From Methanobacteriota archaeon (lineage in GTDB: Archaea > Thermoplasmatota > Poseidoniia > Poseidoniales > Poseidoniaceae), in the NCBI GenBank assembly GCA_018666575.1, contig JABIYX010000019.1:1-36177 (forward strand): 36,177 bases of DNA, written 5' to 3'. The position numbers and the translations under genes were made by a program. Within the stretch, counting starts at the first letter, position 1; each line of letters begins with the position of its first letter. This document shows, in pieces, positions 1 through 8,629 of this stretch. The notes below the pieces were generated by a model that made no database searches, was not told where the DNA came from, and worked only from the letters and a program-made list of their open reading frames with translations.

Positions 1-1155
1 GGCGAAGCAAATGGAAAGCCAGATGGCGTTCCAATGGAGCGAAGAAAGGCGCTTGCTTTGCAAGCCTACGAGCATACTGCTTCCTATGATGTTGCTATTG
101 CCAATACACTGCATTCACGTTGGAATGGCCTACCTGAATCGTATGTTGATGTAGCAGAGCAAGCAAAACGACATCACACTACACTTCTTGCATCTGCAAA
201 CAAAATGTCAGCGTTACGATACGGTGAAAACGCTCACCAAAGCGCATCCCTCTATGTTTCAAATGAGGCTCTTGGCGGCCATTCAACACTGGTTACCGCC
301 CATGTTGAAGGAGGGAAGGCGATGTCCTACAACAATTATTCTGATGCTGATGCAACCCTTCGATTATGCCGTTCTTTATCGACAAATGAATGGCCAGAAA
401 CCCCGCATGCCTGTGTCATTGTAAAGCACAACAACCCTTGCGGCGTAGCTCTATCAAACACACAAGTTCAATCCTTCAAGGATGCATTAGCAAGCGATCC
501 TGAATCTGCATTTGGTTCCATCATATGCTTTAATGAGATTGTCACCCTTGAAACCGCACAAGCAATGTCAAACCTATTCATCGAAGTTCTCATTGCTCCT
601 GGTTATGCTGATGACGCGAAGGAATACATCATGCAAAAAGCGAATCGTCGCCTTCTTACAATCGAATCCCCTCAAAATCGTCTCGCCCCTTTAGCGCGAG
701 AACGTGTCCTAAAGCCAATTGAAGGAGGTTGGATTGTTCAAACTGAAGAGCCACCAATCATCGATTGGGCTTCTGCCAAGACCGTTACTAAGAAGCAAGT
801 GACTCAAGCAGAAATTGACTCGATGAAATTCGCTGTTCGAGTATGTGAACAAGTCAAATCAAATGCTATTGTTATGGTACAGGGGCTGGCAACTGTTGGC
901 ATCGGACCTGGACAAACAAGTCGAGTTGAAGCGGTTCGAATTGCTGCTCGACGTGCCGGAGAAAAAGCGAAAGATTGTGTCCTTGCTAGTGATGCTTTCT
1001 TCCCATTTGCTGATGGCTTGGAACAAGCCGCAATGGCAGGAGCATCTGCTATTGTTCAACCCGGTGGTTCGATTCGTGACCAGGAAGTTATCGATGCAGC
1101 GGATATGTTGGGAATCTCGATGCTTTTTACCGGACACCGCTTATTCAGACATTGA
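1..1155 (+). CDS. purH: Bifunctional AICAR transformylase/IMP cyclohydrolase (5' end outside window)
   Basis: Frame is open from base 1. Motifs HTASYD, LRYGENAHQ, SYNNYSD, KHNNPCG, KSNAI, SDAFFPF, QPGGSIRD and C-terminal RLFRH. Confidence 0.97.
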   Translation, partial: GEANGKPDGVPMERRKALALQAYEHTASYDVAIANTLHSRWNGLPESYVDVAEQAKRHHTTLLASANKMSALRYGENAHQSASLYVSNEALGGHSTLVTAHVEGGKAMSYNNYSDADATLRLCRSLSTNEWPETPHACVIVKHNNPCGVALSNTQVQSFKDALASDPESAFGSIICFNEIVTLETAQAMSNLFIEVLIAPGYADDAKEYIMQKANRRLLTIESPQNRLAPLARERVLKPIEGGWIVQTEEPPIIDWASAKTVTKKQVTQAEIDSMKFAVRVCEQVKSNAIVMVQGLATVGIGPGQTSRVEAVRIAARRAGEKAKDCVLASDAFFPFADGLEQAAMAGASAIVQPGGSIRDQEVIDAADMLGISMLFTGHRLFRH

Positions 1156-1219
1156 CTCAAATCACCCCTCATTAAACACAGGGCGTTTTATTCATGTACT
1201 ATTGGTACTTCGAAGGTTC

Positions 1220-2401
1220 ATGAGCGACCACGTGATTGCAGTCCTTCCGGGAGATGGAACTGGAAAGGAAGTTGCCATAGAAGCCCAACGCATTCTTGAC
1301 ACCATACAAGAACACACAAATCACGGCTTTGAGCAAACTGTAATCCAATGTGGTGGACAGCATTATCAAGAAACTGGAGAAGAATGGGCTGAAGGTTCAT
1401 TTGACTTTTGCCGAGATGATGCTGATGCTATCTTCATGGGCGCAATTGGCCAGCCTGGGGCACGTTTACCAAACGGTGATCTTGCCGGGGGTTCCGTTAT
1501 TCTTGGTATGAGAAGTGGGCTCGATTTGTATGCCAATGTTCGACCTATTCGATTGTATGAAGGTGTACCACACAAAGTTCACGGTCGTTTCACGAACATT
1601 TGGGATCCTGAGCTCGTAGATATGGTTATTCTACGAGAAAACACCGAAGGATTGTACCATTCCCTTCTTCACCGAAGTGCACAGCGTGCAATGGGTTTGG
1701 AAGGATATGAGCCTCCATCGATTGAATTCCCTGGCCTACATGGCGAAATTGCTTACGACCCACGGCCAATCTCATCGCATGGTTCTGAGCGTTTGATTCA
1801 GATGGGTTTTGACATTGCTCAAACCAGAAAAGGCGCGCCTGGTGATGGTGTGAACAGAGTTTCGTGCATCGACAAGAGCAATGTAACTCGTGGATGCCAA
1901 TTGTTCCGTAGATCATACGACAAAATTGCAGATAAGTATCCTGAAATGACTCGTGATTATGGATATATTGACGCTTTCACACAATGGCTTACTCGAACAC
2001 CAGAACATTACAATGTCGTTGTTACATCAAACATGTTTGGTGATATTGCAACCGATCTTGCTTCAGTCCTACAAGGTGGAATGGGCATGGCTGCATCTGG
2101 AAATATTGGAGACAATCACGCATTCTTCGAACCTGTTCATGGATCTGCACCAAAGCATGCTGGACAGAACAAAGTCAATCCAATAGCGAGTATTAATTCG
2201 ATTCAGATGATGTTAGACTGGCTTGCTCGCCGATCAAATGATGATGATTTGCTTCACGTTTCGAAACTCATCGACCAAAGTGTTGCTGAGCATCTTAAGG
2301 ATGGGAAATCACTGACATACGATCTTGGTGGAACAACTTCGTGCAGTGGTGTCGGGATTGCTGTCGCAGATCGACTTGCAGCTCATCTGAAAGAACTCTA
2401 A
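1220..2401 (+). CDS. Isocitrate/isopropylmalate dehydrogenase family beta-decarboxylating dehydrogenase (substrate uncertain)
   Basis: IAVLPGDGTGKEV, LYANVRP, RENTEGLY, DKSNV, NMFGDIATD, FEPVHGSAP. Start moved to ATG 1220 because the longer ORF overlaps purH. Confidence 0.93.
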   Translation: MSDHVIAVLPGDGTGKEVAIEAQRILDTIQEHTNHGFEQTVIQCGGQHYQETGEEWAEGSFDFCRDDADAIFMGAIGQPGARLPNGDLAGGSVILGMRSGLDLYANVRPIRLYEGVPHKVHGRFTNIWDPELVDMVILRENTEGLYHSLLHRSAQRAMGLEGYEPPSIEFPGLHGEIAYDPRPISSHGSERLIQMGFDIAQTRKGAPGDGVNRVSCIDKSNVTRGCQLFRRSYDKIADKYPEMTRDYGYIDAFTQWLTRTPEHYNVVVTSNMFGDIATDLASVLQGGMGMAASGNIGDNHAFFEPVHGSAPKHAGQNKVNPIASINSIQMMLDWLARRSNDDDLLHVSKLIDQSVAEHLKDGKSLTYDLGGTTSCSGVGIAVADRLAAHLKEL

Positions 2402-2907
2402 TTCGGTTGAGGAACAAGTTCGATGGTTGGAACTTTCCAACCTACAAACCAAATTCCGATTAATGCAACTAGAGCAATGGTTGTCTGGCCAAATCCAGGA
2501 TCTCCTAATTTAGTAACGGTCCAAATTGATAATGCTGAAACGACTGAGATGATCCCTATAATGACGATTTTCGAATGAAGGGGAAGGGCTTTTCCTGCTT
2601 TGTAGTACTCTAACAAAGCATTTCCAAAAACTCGGTTTGTTAAGAGCCAGCGGAACATCTTACGAGAAGAACGTCCAAAACAAAACCCTGCGGCTACAAG
2701 CCATGAGGTTGTAGGCCATCCTGGAATTACGGTTCCAATGGCTGCAAAAATTACAAAAATTCCACCGAGAACATTCCATATCCAACGAACTAAAATGTTA
2801 CGAGAGGGTTTGTGTAAATCGAGAATATAATCCAATATTTCCTCGTCAGATTTACCCTCAATATCCAAAGAAATGGAAGATGTGGAGTTCGCTTTCGAAG
2901 AACTCAT
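2398..2907 (-). CDS. YbaN/DUF454 family inner membrane protein
   Basis: IGTVIPGWPTT..A..CFGRSS..FRWLL..RVFG matches the DUF454 pattern; several hydrophobic helices. Confidence 0.85.
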   Translation of the reverse strand: MSSSKANSTSSISLDIEGKSDEEILDYILDLHKPSRNILVRWIWNVLGGIFVIFAAIGTVIPGWPTTSWLVAAGFCFGRSSRKMFRWLLTNRVFGNALLEYYKAGKALPLHSKIVIIGIISVVSALSIWTVTKLGDPGFGQTTIALVALIGIWFVGWKVPTIELVPQPN

Positions 2908-3011
2908 GTGACCACTTGCTCATTTTGTCCCGCGCGCTGGCTACTCATAAGTAATAGGGCGAACCCGTACGTAAGACGAAGGTCTCAAATCAGACATCGT
3001 TTAGCAAGAAC

Positions 3012-3656
3012 ATGGCAGGCGAACCACTTATTCCGCGTATCGGAACGCCTGAAAACCCGATTCGAATTGCCGTCCTGTTTTCAGGCTCGGGAACCGGTAT
3101 GAATGCCCTATTTCAACATCAAGGAAACCAGTCATGTACTCATAAGACCGTCCTCAGCATAACCAACAAGAGCGATGCAGGAGGGATTATGTTTGCAAAT
3201 GAACGTGGCATTCCTGTTGTAATCGAAACTGTCGACCCCATACTTGCCAAACAAGAAAGAAGAATTGAACAAGAACGGCGAATTATGAAGCATCTCGAAC
3301 AATACAGTGTTGAAGTTATTATCCTGTCAGGCTACATGCGAATCCTATCTGAAGAATTTGTATCGGCGTATTATCCCAAAATTATCAACATTCATCCATC
3401 TCTTTTACCAGCGTTTCCAGGTGCTGATGCTCATTCCGATGTTCTCTCAAGCCAAGTTCGTGTGAGTGGATGTACGGTTCATGTTGTAGACTCTGGAATG
3501 GATTCTGGGACAATACTCGGACAATCCAGAGTCCCTGTTTTTACTGGAGACTCGCGTGCAAGTCTTGCTAAGAGAGTGCAAATAGAAGAACATCGGCTTT
3601 ACCCAGAAATTATTGATTTGATTTGTTCAGGGCATGAAGTTGTTCTGGAAGATTAA
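3012..3656 (+). CDS. purN: Phosphoribosylglycinamide formyltransferase
   Basis: IAVLFSGSGT, LSGYMRIL, INIHPSLLPAFPG, GCTVHVVD..MDSG, EHRLYP. Confidence 0.96.
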   Translation: MAGEPLIPRIGTPENPIRIAVLFSGSGTGMNALFQHQGNQSCTHKTVLSITNKSDAGGIMFANERGIPVVIETVDPILAKQERRIEQERRIMKHLEQYSVEVIILSGYMRILSEEFVSAYYPKIINIHPSLLPAFPGADAHSDVLSSQVRVSGCTVHVVDSGMDSGTILGQSRVPVFTGDSRASLAKRVQIEEHRLYPEIIDLICSGHEVVLED

Positions 3657-4134
3657 AATTCGTTAATTCAATTCCATGTTCACTCATATCGTTTCGTGAA
3701 AATGATGCAAAGAGATCTCTTAGAGTTGGATGTGCCGCCGGAGTCCAACCTGAATGTGTACGGGCAAGAGTATATTGTTCCCTTCCATTATGATCAACAG
3801 GGATCCCCGGTTGTTGGTTGAGAATGGATTGGAGGGAGTCTGTTGAGAGTAGATACATGTCGCATGGGAAAAATTGTATTTCTCCCTCAATCAATTCAAC
3901 AAACGATTTGATTGCGTCTGGAAGTGAATTGACATCAACGGAATCGGGAATGCAAGTTCCATCGAACAAATCGATTCGCTCTTCACTTCCACAAGCAATG
4001 ATTGTCGTATATCCTAATTCAGTTAACTGGCGGTAAAGTTCCTTAACATTGTCAAAAAGAAGTGCTTTGTCCTCGTTCATTCGTGCGCTTTTCCCACCTG
4101 CAAGAATGATGCATGTGCAGGACATTTCACTCAC
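3610..4134 (-). CDS. mobA: Molybdenum cofactor guanylyltransferase MobA-like NTP transferase (short)
   Basis: IILAGGKSARMNEDKALL, FFPCDM, C-terminal NFNLPE (cf. N[IV]NTPE). GTG start overlaps the upstream TGA. Confidence 0.8.
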   Translation of the reverse strand: MSEMSCTCIILAGGKSARMNEDKALLFDNVKELYRQLTELGYTTIIACGSEERIDLFDGTCIPDSVDVNSLPDAIKSFVELIEGEIQFFPCDMYLLSTDSLQSILNQQPGIPVDHNGREQYTLARTHSGWTPAAHPTLRDLFASFSRNDMSEHGIELTNFNLPEQLHALNKSNQ

Positions 4135-4340
4135 ACTAGTTCGTCAAGGGCAGACATTGCCTGTTCAAGTTCATCAAGAAGGTCTCGAACACGATCGAGG
4201 AGGGCTTGTCGTTCACGACTTGATCGTGCTTGTGGGAGCCACTCTAGAAGCCGGCGTACGTCACGGGCATCACGTTCGACAGTCCACGTAAGAACCTGTT
4301 CAAGGACAGGGTCTTCTGTGGGCAGGAACCTCTCGGCCAT
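4131..4340 (-). CDS. Small helical hypothetical protein (69 aa)
   Basis: ATG start, charged amphipathic helices, stop/start overlap (GTGA) with mobA, in line with the minus-strand operon. Confidence 0.8.
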   Translation of the reverse strand: MAERFLPTEDPVLEQVLTWTVERDARDVRRLLEWLPQARSSRERQALLDRVRDLLDELEQAMSALDELV

Positions 4341-4364
4341 GATGTTCCATAGTCATCAAGGTCA

Positions 4365-4988
4365 TCAAGATATACGCTCGAGAAGGCGGCTGCGAATTCT
4401 TTCAAACAGTTCACCTCCTTGAGGTGCTGTTTTGATTAATTCAAGATGATCCAGGCATCGTGATTCATCGATTGATAAAATTAGAATCATGAGTTGACAC
4501 CATGTATTACTCTGTTTAGATGCATCAATAATCCATGAATCGGTTGGTATGGAGCGCCCTCCTCGACCTAATTCTTCTGCAATCTCAAGAAAAGCTTCAA
4601 CTGCTATTTTATCTTGAATTAATTGAAGAAGTATTGTCCAACAATCTTCTCCTAATTCTTCATCTGACATGTTCGCTAACAACAATCCTACTAACTTCAG
4701 ATCTTCGCGACCATGCCGTTTCCAAATTTTTGGAATGAGTCTTGCAATGCGTTTCCGATTTGGTTCAACCGTAAGCATCCAGGAAGCGATACGTCTCATC
4801 TCTGGGTCTGGCGTGCCTATATGAAAAGCATATTGTCCTGAGAAGGCTAATCGATCTGTCATTGATTTGGTTATGATTCCTGGAACACCATACGTGTACG
4901 CTTCTCGTAACAAGTTTAACGCTGATTTCTTTCGCTTAGGAAGCGTTGTAAAGTCGCTTAAATACGCATCAAGCGAAGGTGTTTCCAT
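4365..4988 (-). CDS. Hypothetical helical-repeat protein, possibly AlkD/DNA alkylation repair family
   Basis: IGTPDPEMRRIA...KIWKRHGREDLKLVGLLL resembles the AlkD GVxxPxLRxxA...LW..xxRE..LA..LL pattern. ATG sits in a TGATG overlap with the upstream gene. Confidence 0.55.
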   Translation of the reverse strand: METPSLDAYLSDFTTLPKRKKSALNLLREAYTYGVPGIITKSMTDRLAFSGQYAFHIGTPDPEMRRIASWMLTVEPNRKRIARLIPKIWKRHGREDLKLVGLLLANMSDEELGEDCWTILLQLIQDKIAVEAFLEIAEELGRGGRSIPTDSWIIDASKQSNTWCQLMILILSIDESRCLDHLELIKTAPQGGELFERIRSRLLERIS

Positions 4989-5485
4989 CAACTTTCACCA
5001 TGGTTCTTCTTTCGAACATTGTCGAATAATGTTGTAACGAGTCGTACAGAATCACGCAGTGTACTCAGTGTCTTTTCAACAACATTTGGATCTTCAAATC
5101 GTTGTTTAACCATGTCACGAAGTTCGTCTTCAACTTGTTGATGCTCATCATCATCAATCGAAAAAATATTGCGTAAATGAGCCATAACCCTGAACTCGTC
5201 TTTTGACAAGGAAGCGTTAATAATCGCAATCTCAAAGATTGTTTTGTACACCTCCCTCTGTTCGCTCTCTGATAATTTGTCACCGTCCTCTGTTTTCTTA
5301 CCATCGATAATGGCTTGATAAATCTCGGCGGGTTGATGTGATTCCAGATTCAAACAAGAGGAGAGGCGAATAATGAGTCGCTTTTCTTCTCGGGTTAAGA
5401 CGCCGTCTGCAAGCATCACCTCTATCGTACTGCGAAAGGCAGCAAGACGGTGTATATTTGAGTCCGACACAGTTTTGCTAGGCAC
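4988..5485 (-). CDS. TerB-like family protein with two TerB-type motifs
   Basis: MLADGVLTREEKRLI and a second degenerate copy AIINASLSKDEFRVM..LRNIF; GTG start. Confidence 0.7.
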   Translation of the reverse strand: MPSKTVSDSNIHRLAAFRSTIEVMLADGVLTREEKRLIIRLSSCLNLESHQPAEIYQAIIDGKKTEDGDKLSESEQREVYKTIFEIAIINASLSKDEFRVMAHLRNIFSIDDDEHQQVEDELRDMVKQRFEDPNVVEKTLSTLRDSVRLVTTLFDNVRKKNHGES

Positions 5486-5599
5486 ACCTTCTTCTTGAAA
5501 CCATGTGGTGAAATTTGACGATTAATGCATTAAATTGTAGTTGATTTGATTAAATTACAAAGAAAATCTAACCTCTTCGTTTTGTCAAAAAGAAAATAT

Positions 5600-6340
5600 T
5601 CAATCTTCGGTCATCTTTTGATCGGGAAAGGGTTCTTTGTTTAACAATCGCATTTTGAACAACCAAAGATTGTGCATGAGATTCTGCTTATGGAATGTCA
5701 GGAGTAGCCAGATTGATTTACCCAACTTATGATTTGGTGAAGGTGGCATTTTTGCTAACTTTGGTTCGGGTGAAATACGAAATGTTGCAATTTCCTTTTT
5801 TCCCATTTTGTGAAATTGTAAATCATGCATCTCAAACATCTCGCCCCATCGCTCAATGGTTGATTTTTCAATTGCTCGTTCAGCATCGTCGACTATGATT
5901 TGCGTATTTTCGCTTATGTGATCAATCGCTTGCAATATAGTGGCTTCTCTGGAATAAAGAAACCCTGGTGGCCCGTCAATTAATACCAAATCAAAGGATT
6001 TGGGTGCGTTTTTTTTAAGATACGACCCTATTTTGTATGAGATATAACGGCGACCGAAGAGCTTCATTATTCTCAACGGCCCAAAACGAACATGGATGTT
6101 TTTCGCATTTTTGTTGACTCTTGATGCTGTAATTTTTCGATATCTTCTACTGTTTTCAAATGAGATGACATGAGCTTTTGACAATTGTTCGGACCAAAAT
6201 TCGGTCGAAACCCCGCTACCAAATTCAAGTATGGTTCCAACCTCGTTATTGTCGATATAGTCTTTGAAAAATTCTAAGGTTGCTAAGTTAATTGAAACTG
6301 GGTTAATTCGGTGCTTGAAATTATCTCCGATATCTGTCAT
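5600..6340 (-). CDS. Class I SAM-dependent methyltransferase (Methyltransf_24-like)
   Basis: ILEFGSGVST, VISFE, FDLVLIDGP, IIVDD motifs. Confidence 0.85.
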   Translation of the reverse strand: MTDIGDNFKHRINPVSINLATLEFFKDYIDNNEVGTILEFGSGVSTEFWSEQLSKAHVISFENSRRYRKITASRVNKNAKNIHVRFGPLRIMKLFGRRYISYKIGSYLKKNAPKSFDLVLIDGPPGFLYSREATILQAIDHISENTQIIVDDAERAIEKSTIERWGEMFEMHDLQFHKMGKKEIATFRISPEPKLAKMPPSPNHKLGKSIWLLLTFHKQNLMHNLWLFKMRLLNKEPFPDQKMTED

Positions 6341-6586
6341 TTAAGCGCCCCCAGTTGTTATGTTGATTTGCAGATATTGACATCGATTTCAGTGAAGGAA
6401 ATGAATCCTCCATATTGTAGGGTTTCACTAATAGAACTTCAACATTGTTGCGTTACTTTTACTCCGAATCGTATCGAGGGGATTCCTACTCTGATTCTAG
6501 TGAAAATTAAGTTCGACGTTCGCAATGGTTGATATTGGCCAAATAAAGGCTTATTTTTTAAGCCAAAGAAGCGGTGAAACAATATA

Positions 6587-7183
6587 ATGTTCGGTATTCG
6601 TCAAACCATGAAGAAATTAATCATGCGTCAATATTGGCGGATACAGCAATCCCAAGCTGTTGTCTCAATGGCGTTCTGGACAACTACTCTTACCTTGATT
6701 ATATGGCCTTATGTAAAGTGGAGATTCGATGATAGTTGTAATGGTTCCCTCTGTTTTTCCGATGAGATTTTAGGAATCTCCTCTACTTATTTCGGACTCA
6801 TGATCATTGGTATTATCGTTCTTCTCACTGTGTTTTTGATTGGGTATGTTTACGACGTTGGTTTTGGTTTATGGAAGGAACATTTGACCATTTCAACAGA
6901 GCGGAATCCGTTTGGCGTATATCTAATATCGCCTCCAACGGGGTTGATTCTAGCACAAACAAATCTATTGCTAAAGCATTTAGTTCCAGAAGATGAAGAT
7001 GTTCAGCGACATGTTGCTTTCGTAGAGAGATGGCTCGAATGGAACGCTGATGAAGAAATATGGGCTCGTGCAATGGATGCATGGAAGAATAACATGGGCG
7101 ATGAAGATCCACACATGCCATTCCTAAGTAAGGAAATGAGAGAAGACTTAGAATCTCGTTCTTCCACACTTCCTAAAGAATGA
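6587..7183 (+). CDS. Hypothetical membrane protein (2-3 TM helices)
   Basis: 198-aa ORF with hydrophobic segments; GCGGTGA SD-like element and TTTTTAA upstream. Confidence 0.8.
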   Translation: MFGIRQTMKKLIMRQYWRIQQSQAVVSMAFWTTTLTLIIWPYVKWRFDDSCNGSLCFSDEILGISSTYFGLMIIGIIVLLTVFLIGYVYDVGFGLWKEHLTISTERNPFGVYLISPPTGLILAQTNLLLKHLVPEDEDVQRHVAFVERWLEWNADEEIWARAMDAWKNNMGDEDPHMPFLSKEMREDLESRSSTLPKE

Positions 7184-7219
7184 GAAATCCACAAGAATTC
7201 TCTTTTTCTAGCCGCAGCC

Positions 7220-7357
7220 TTGAAAAGGTGGAGAGTCTAGGACATATTGCCGAATCACATTCACTTGGTTGGCCGCTTTGCGGAAAACCGTTGTACTGTA
7301 TCGCCTAATTGGGGCGGAAAAGTACTGTCTTTGAGGAAGCCGAAAGGAGGAATTAAT
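7220..7357 (+). promoter_or_regulatory. Putative promoter (TTGAAAA), structured 5' leader and strong SD of dnaG
   Basis: TTGAAAA at 7220; hairpins at 7267-7289 and 7293-7325; AGGAGG at 7345-7350. Confidence 0.45.
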
Positions 7358-8590
7358 CTGGCTCGTAAAAATCATTCAGGAAATAAACAAGGAAACGCGA
7401 TGAAATATCTCATCAAAGCTGATATCAAAGTAAACGGAACTGTTCAACGCAAGGACATCATTGGCGCTATTATGGGCCAAACAGAAGGTCTTCTCGGCGA
7501 TGAACTTGAACTTAGAAAATTGCAACGAACTGCTCGTGTCGGGCACGTCGATGTTGAAACGGAAACAAAGGGCGGCAAAGTGCATGGCCTCATTCTCATA
7601 CCAAGTAGTATGGATAACGTTGAAACTGCAATTATTGGATCTGCACTCGAAACAATCGATCGTATTGGTCCATGTCAAGCAAAAATCACTGTCGTAGAAA
7701 TCTCCGACGTTCGTGCAACAAAGCGTACTGCTGTTGTTGACCGTGCAAAGGAACTCTTGCTCCAACTCGTCAATTCTGGCGAGGCTGCTAGCAAGACTGT
7801 TGTCGAAGAAGTTCGCTCGGTCCTAACCGTAGGAACTGCAACAAATTTCCATGGCTTAACATGTGGACCAAATGTTCAGAGTTCCGATTCGCTCATTATT
7901 GTCGAAGGACGTAATGATGTCATCAATCTACTCAACTGTGGTGTGAAGAATGCAATCAGTGCCGATGGCGCTGGAAATATTAAGCAAGAACTCATTGATC
8001 TCGCAAATGGGAAGCAATCCGTTACGCTAGCAATCGATGGAGACCGTGGTGGAGAAATGCTCTTCCGACAACTCCACGCTATCTTGCGTGTTGACTTTGT
8101 CGCGCAAGCACCAACCGGTCAAGAATGGGAACTTCTTCCACAGAAGACCATTACTAAGTCTCTCTCTATGAAAGTCGAAGCTGCCAAGTTTGCAAAGATT
8201 ATGGCGAAGGAAGATAAAGAAGACAAAAAGAAGCACGGCGGCTCAGACAAAGGTGAATGGGCTGAAGAAATGCCTGAAGTCTTCGAGACTGAAGTTGCGC
8301 CAGCTGAAATCCAAGAAATGTTTGACCACCTCGATGGGCTTGGTAAGAACAAGGCCTTGTTTGTCCTATCTGACGGAAGTGTCGGTGAAGAAATGGGTGC
8401 TGCTGGTATTGCTAAGACCGCTTCTGCTACAGAAGGCGTCAAGGTACTCATCATCAACGGACCAGTCAATGAACGCATCCAAGAGATCGCTTCTGAGGCT
8501 TCCATTGAAACTGTTGTAGGAACCAAACCCGGAAAGGGATTCAGCAAAGACGGGGCTGCAAAGTCTTGGTTTTCCGAAATGCACAGATAA
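7358..8590 (+). CDS. dnaG: Archaeal DnaG (TOPRIM; primase-like, exosome-associated)
   Basis: KYLIKA, DIIGAIMGQTEGLLG..LELRKLQ, ETIDRIGPC, IIVEGRNDV, DGDRGG. Start is CTG 7358 (SD-supported) or ATG 7400. Confidence 0.95.
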   Translation: MARKNHSGNKQGNAMKYLIKADIKVNGTVQRKDIIGAIMGQTEGLLGDELELRKLQRTARVGHVDVETETKGGKVHGLILIPSSMDNVETAIIGSALETIDRIGPCQAKITVVEISDVRATKRTAVVDRAKELLLQLVNSGEAASKTVVEEVRSVLTVGTATNFHGLTCGPNVQSSDSLIIVEGRNDVINLLNCGVKNAISADGAGNIKQELIDLANGKQSVTLAIDGDRGGEMLFRQLHAILRVDFVAQAPTGQEWELLPQKTITKSLSMKVEAAKFAKIMAKEDKEDKKKHGGSDKGEWAEEMPEVFETEVAPAEIQEMFDHLDGLGKNKALFVLSDGSVGEEMGAAGIAKTASATEGVKVLIINGPVNERIQEIASEASIETVVGTKPGKGFSKDGAAKSWFSEMHR

Positions 8591-8629
8591 TCAGGTACGT
8601 TGATGGTCTGATTGACCTTAGACCTGAGC

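Noticed and set aside
845-1219. 125-aa N-terminal extension of the dehydrogenase ORF
   Set aside because: Overlaps purH in another frame; family homology begins at ATG 1220.
7293-7325. Hammerhead-like look (stem followed by GAAA) in the dnaG leader
   Set aside because: The CUGANGA core is absent (CTGTATC) and no three-stem junction is evident.
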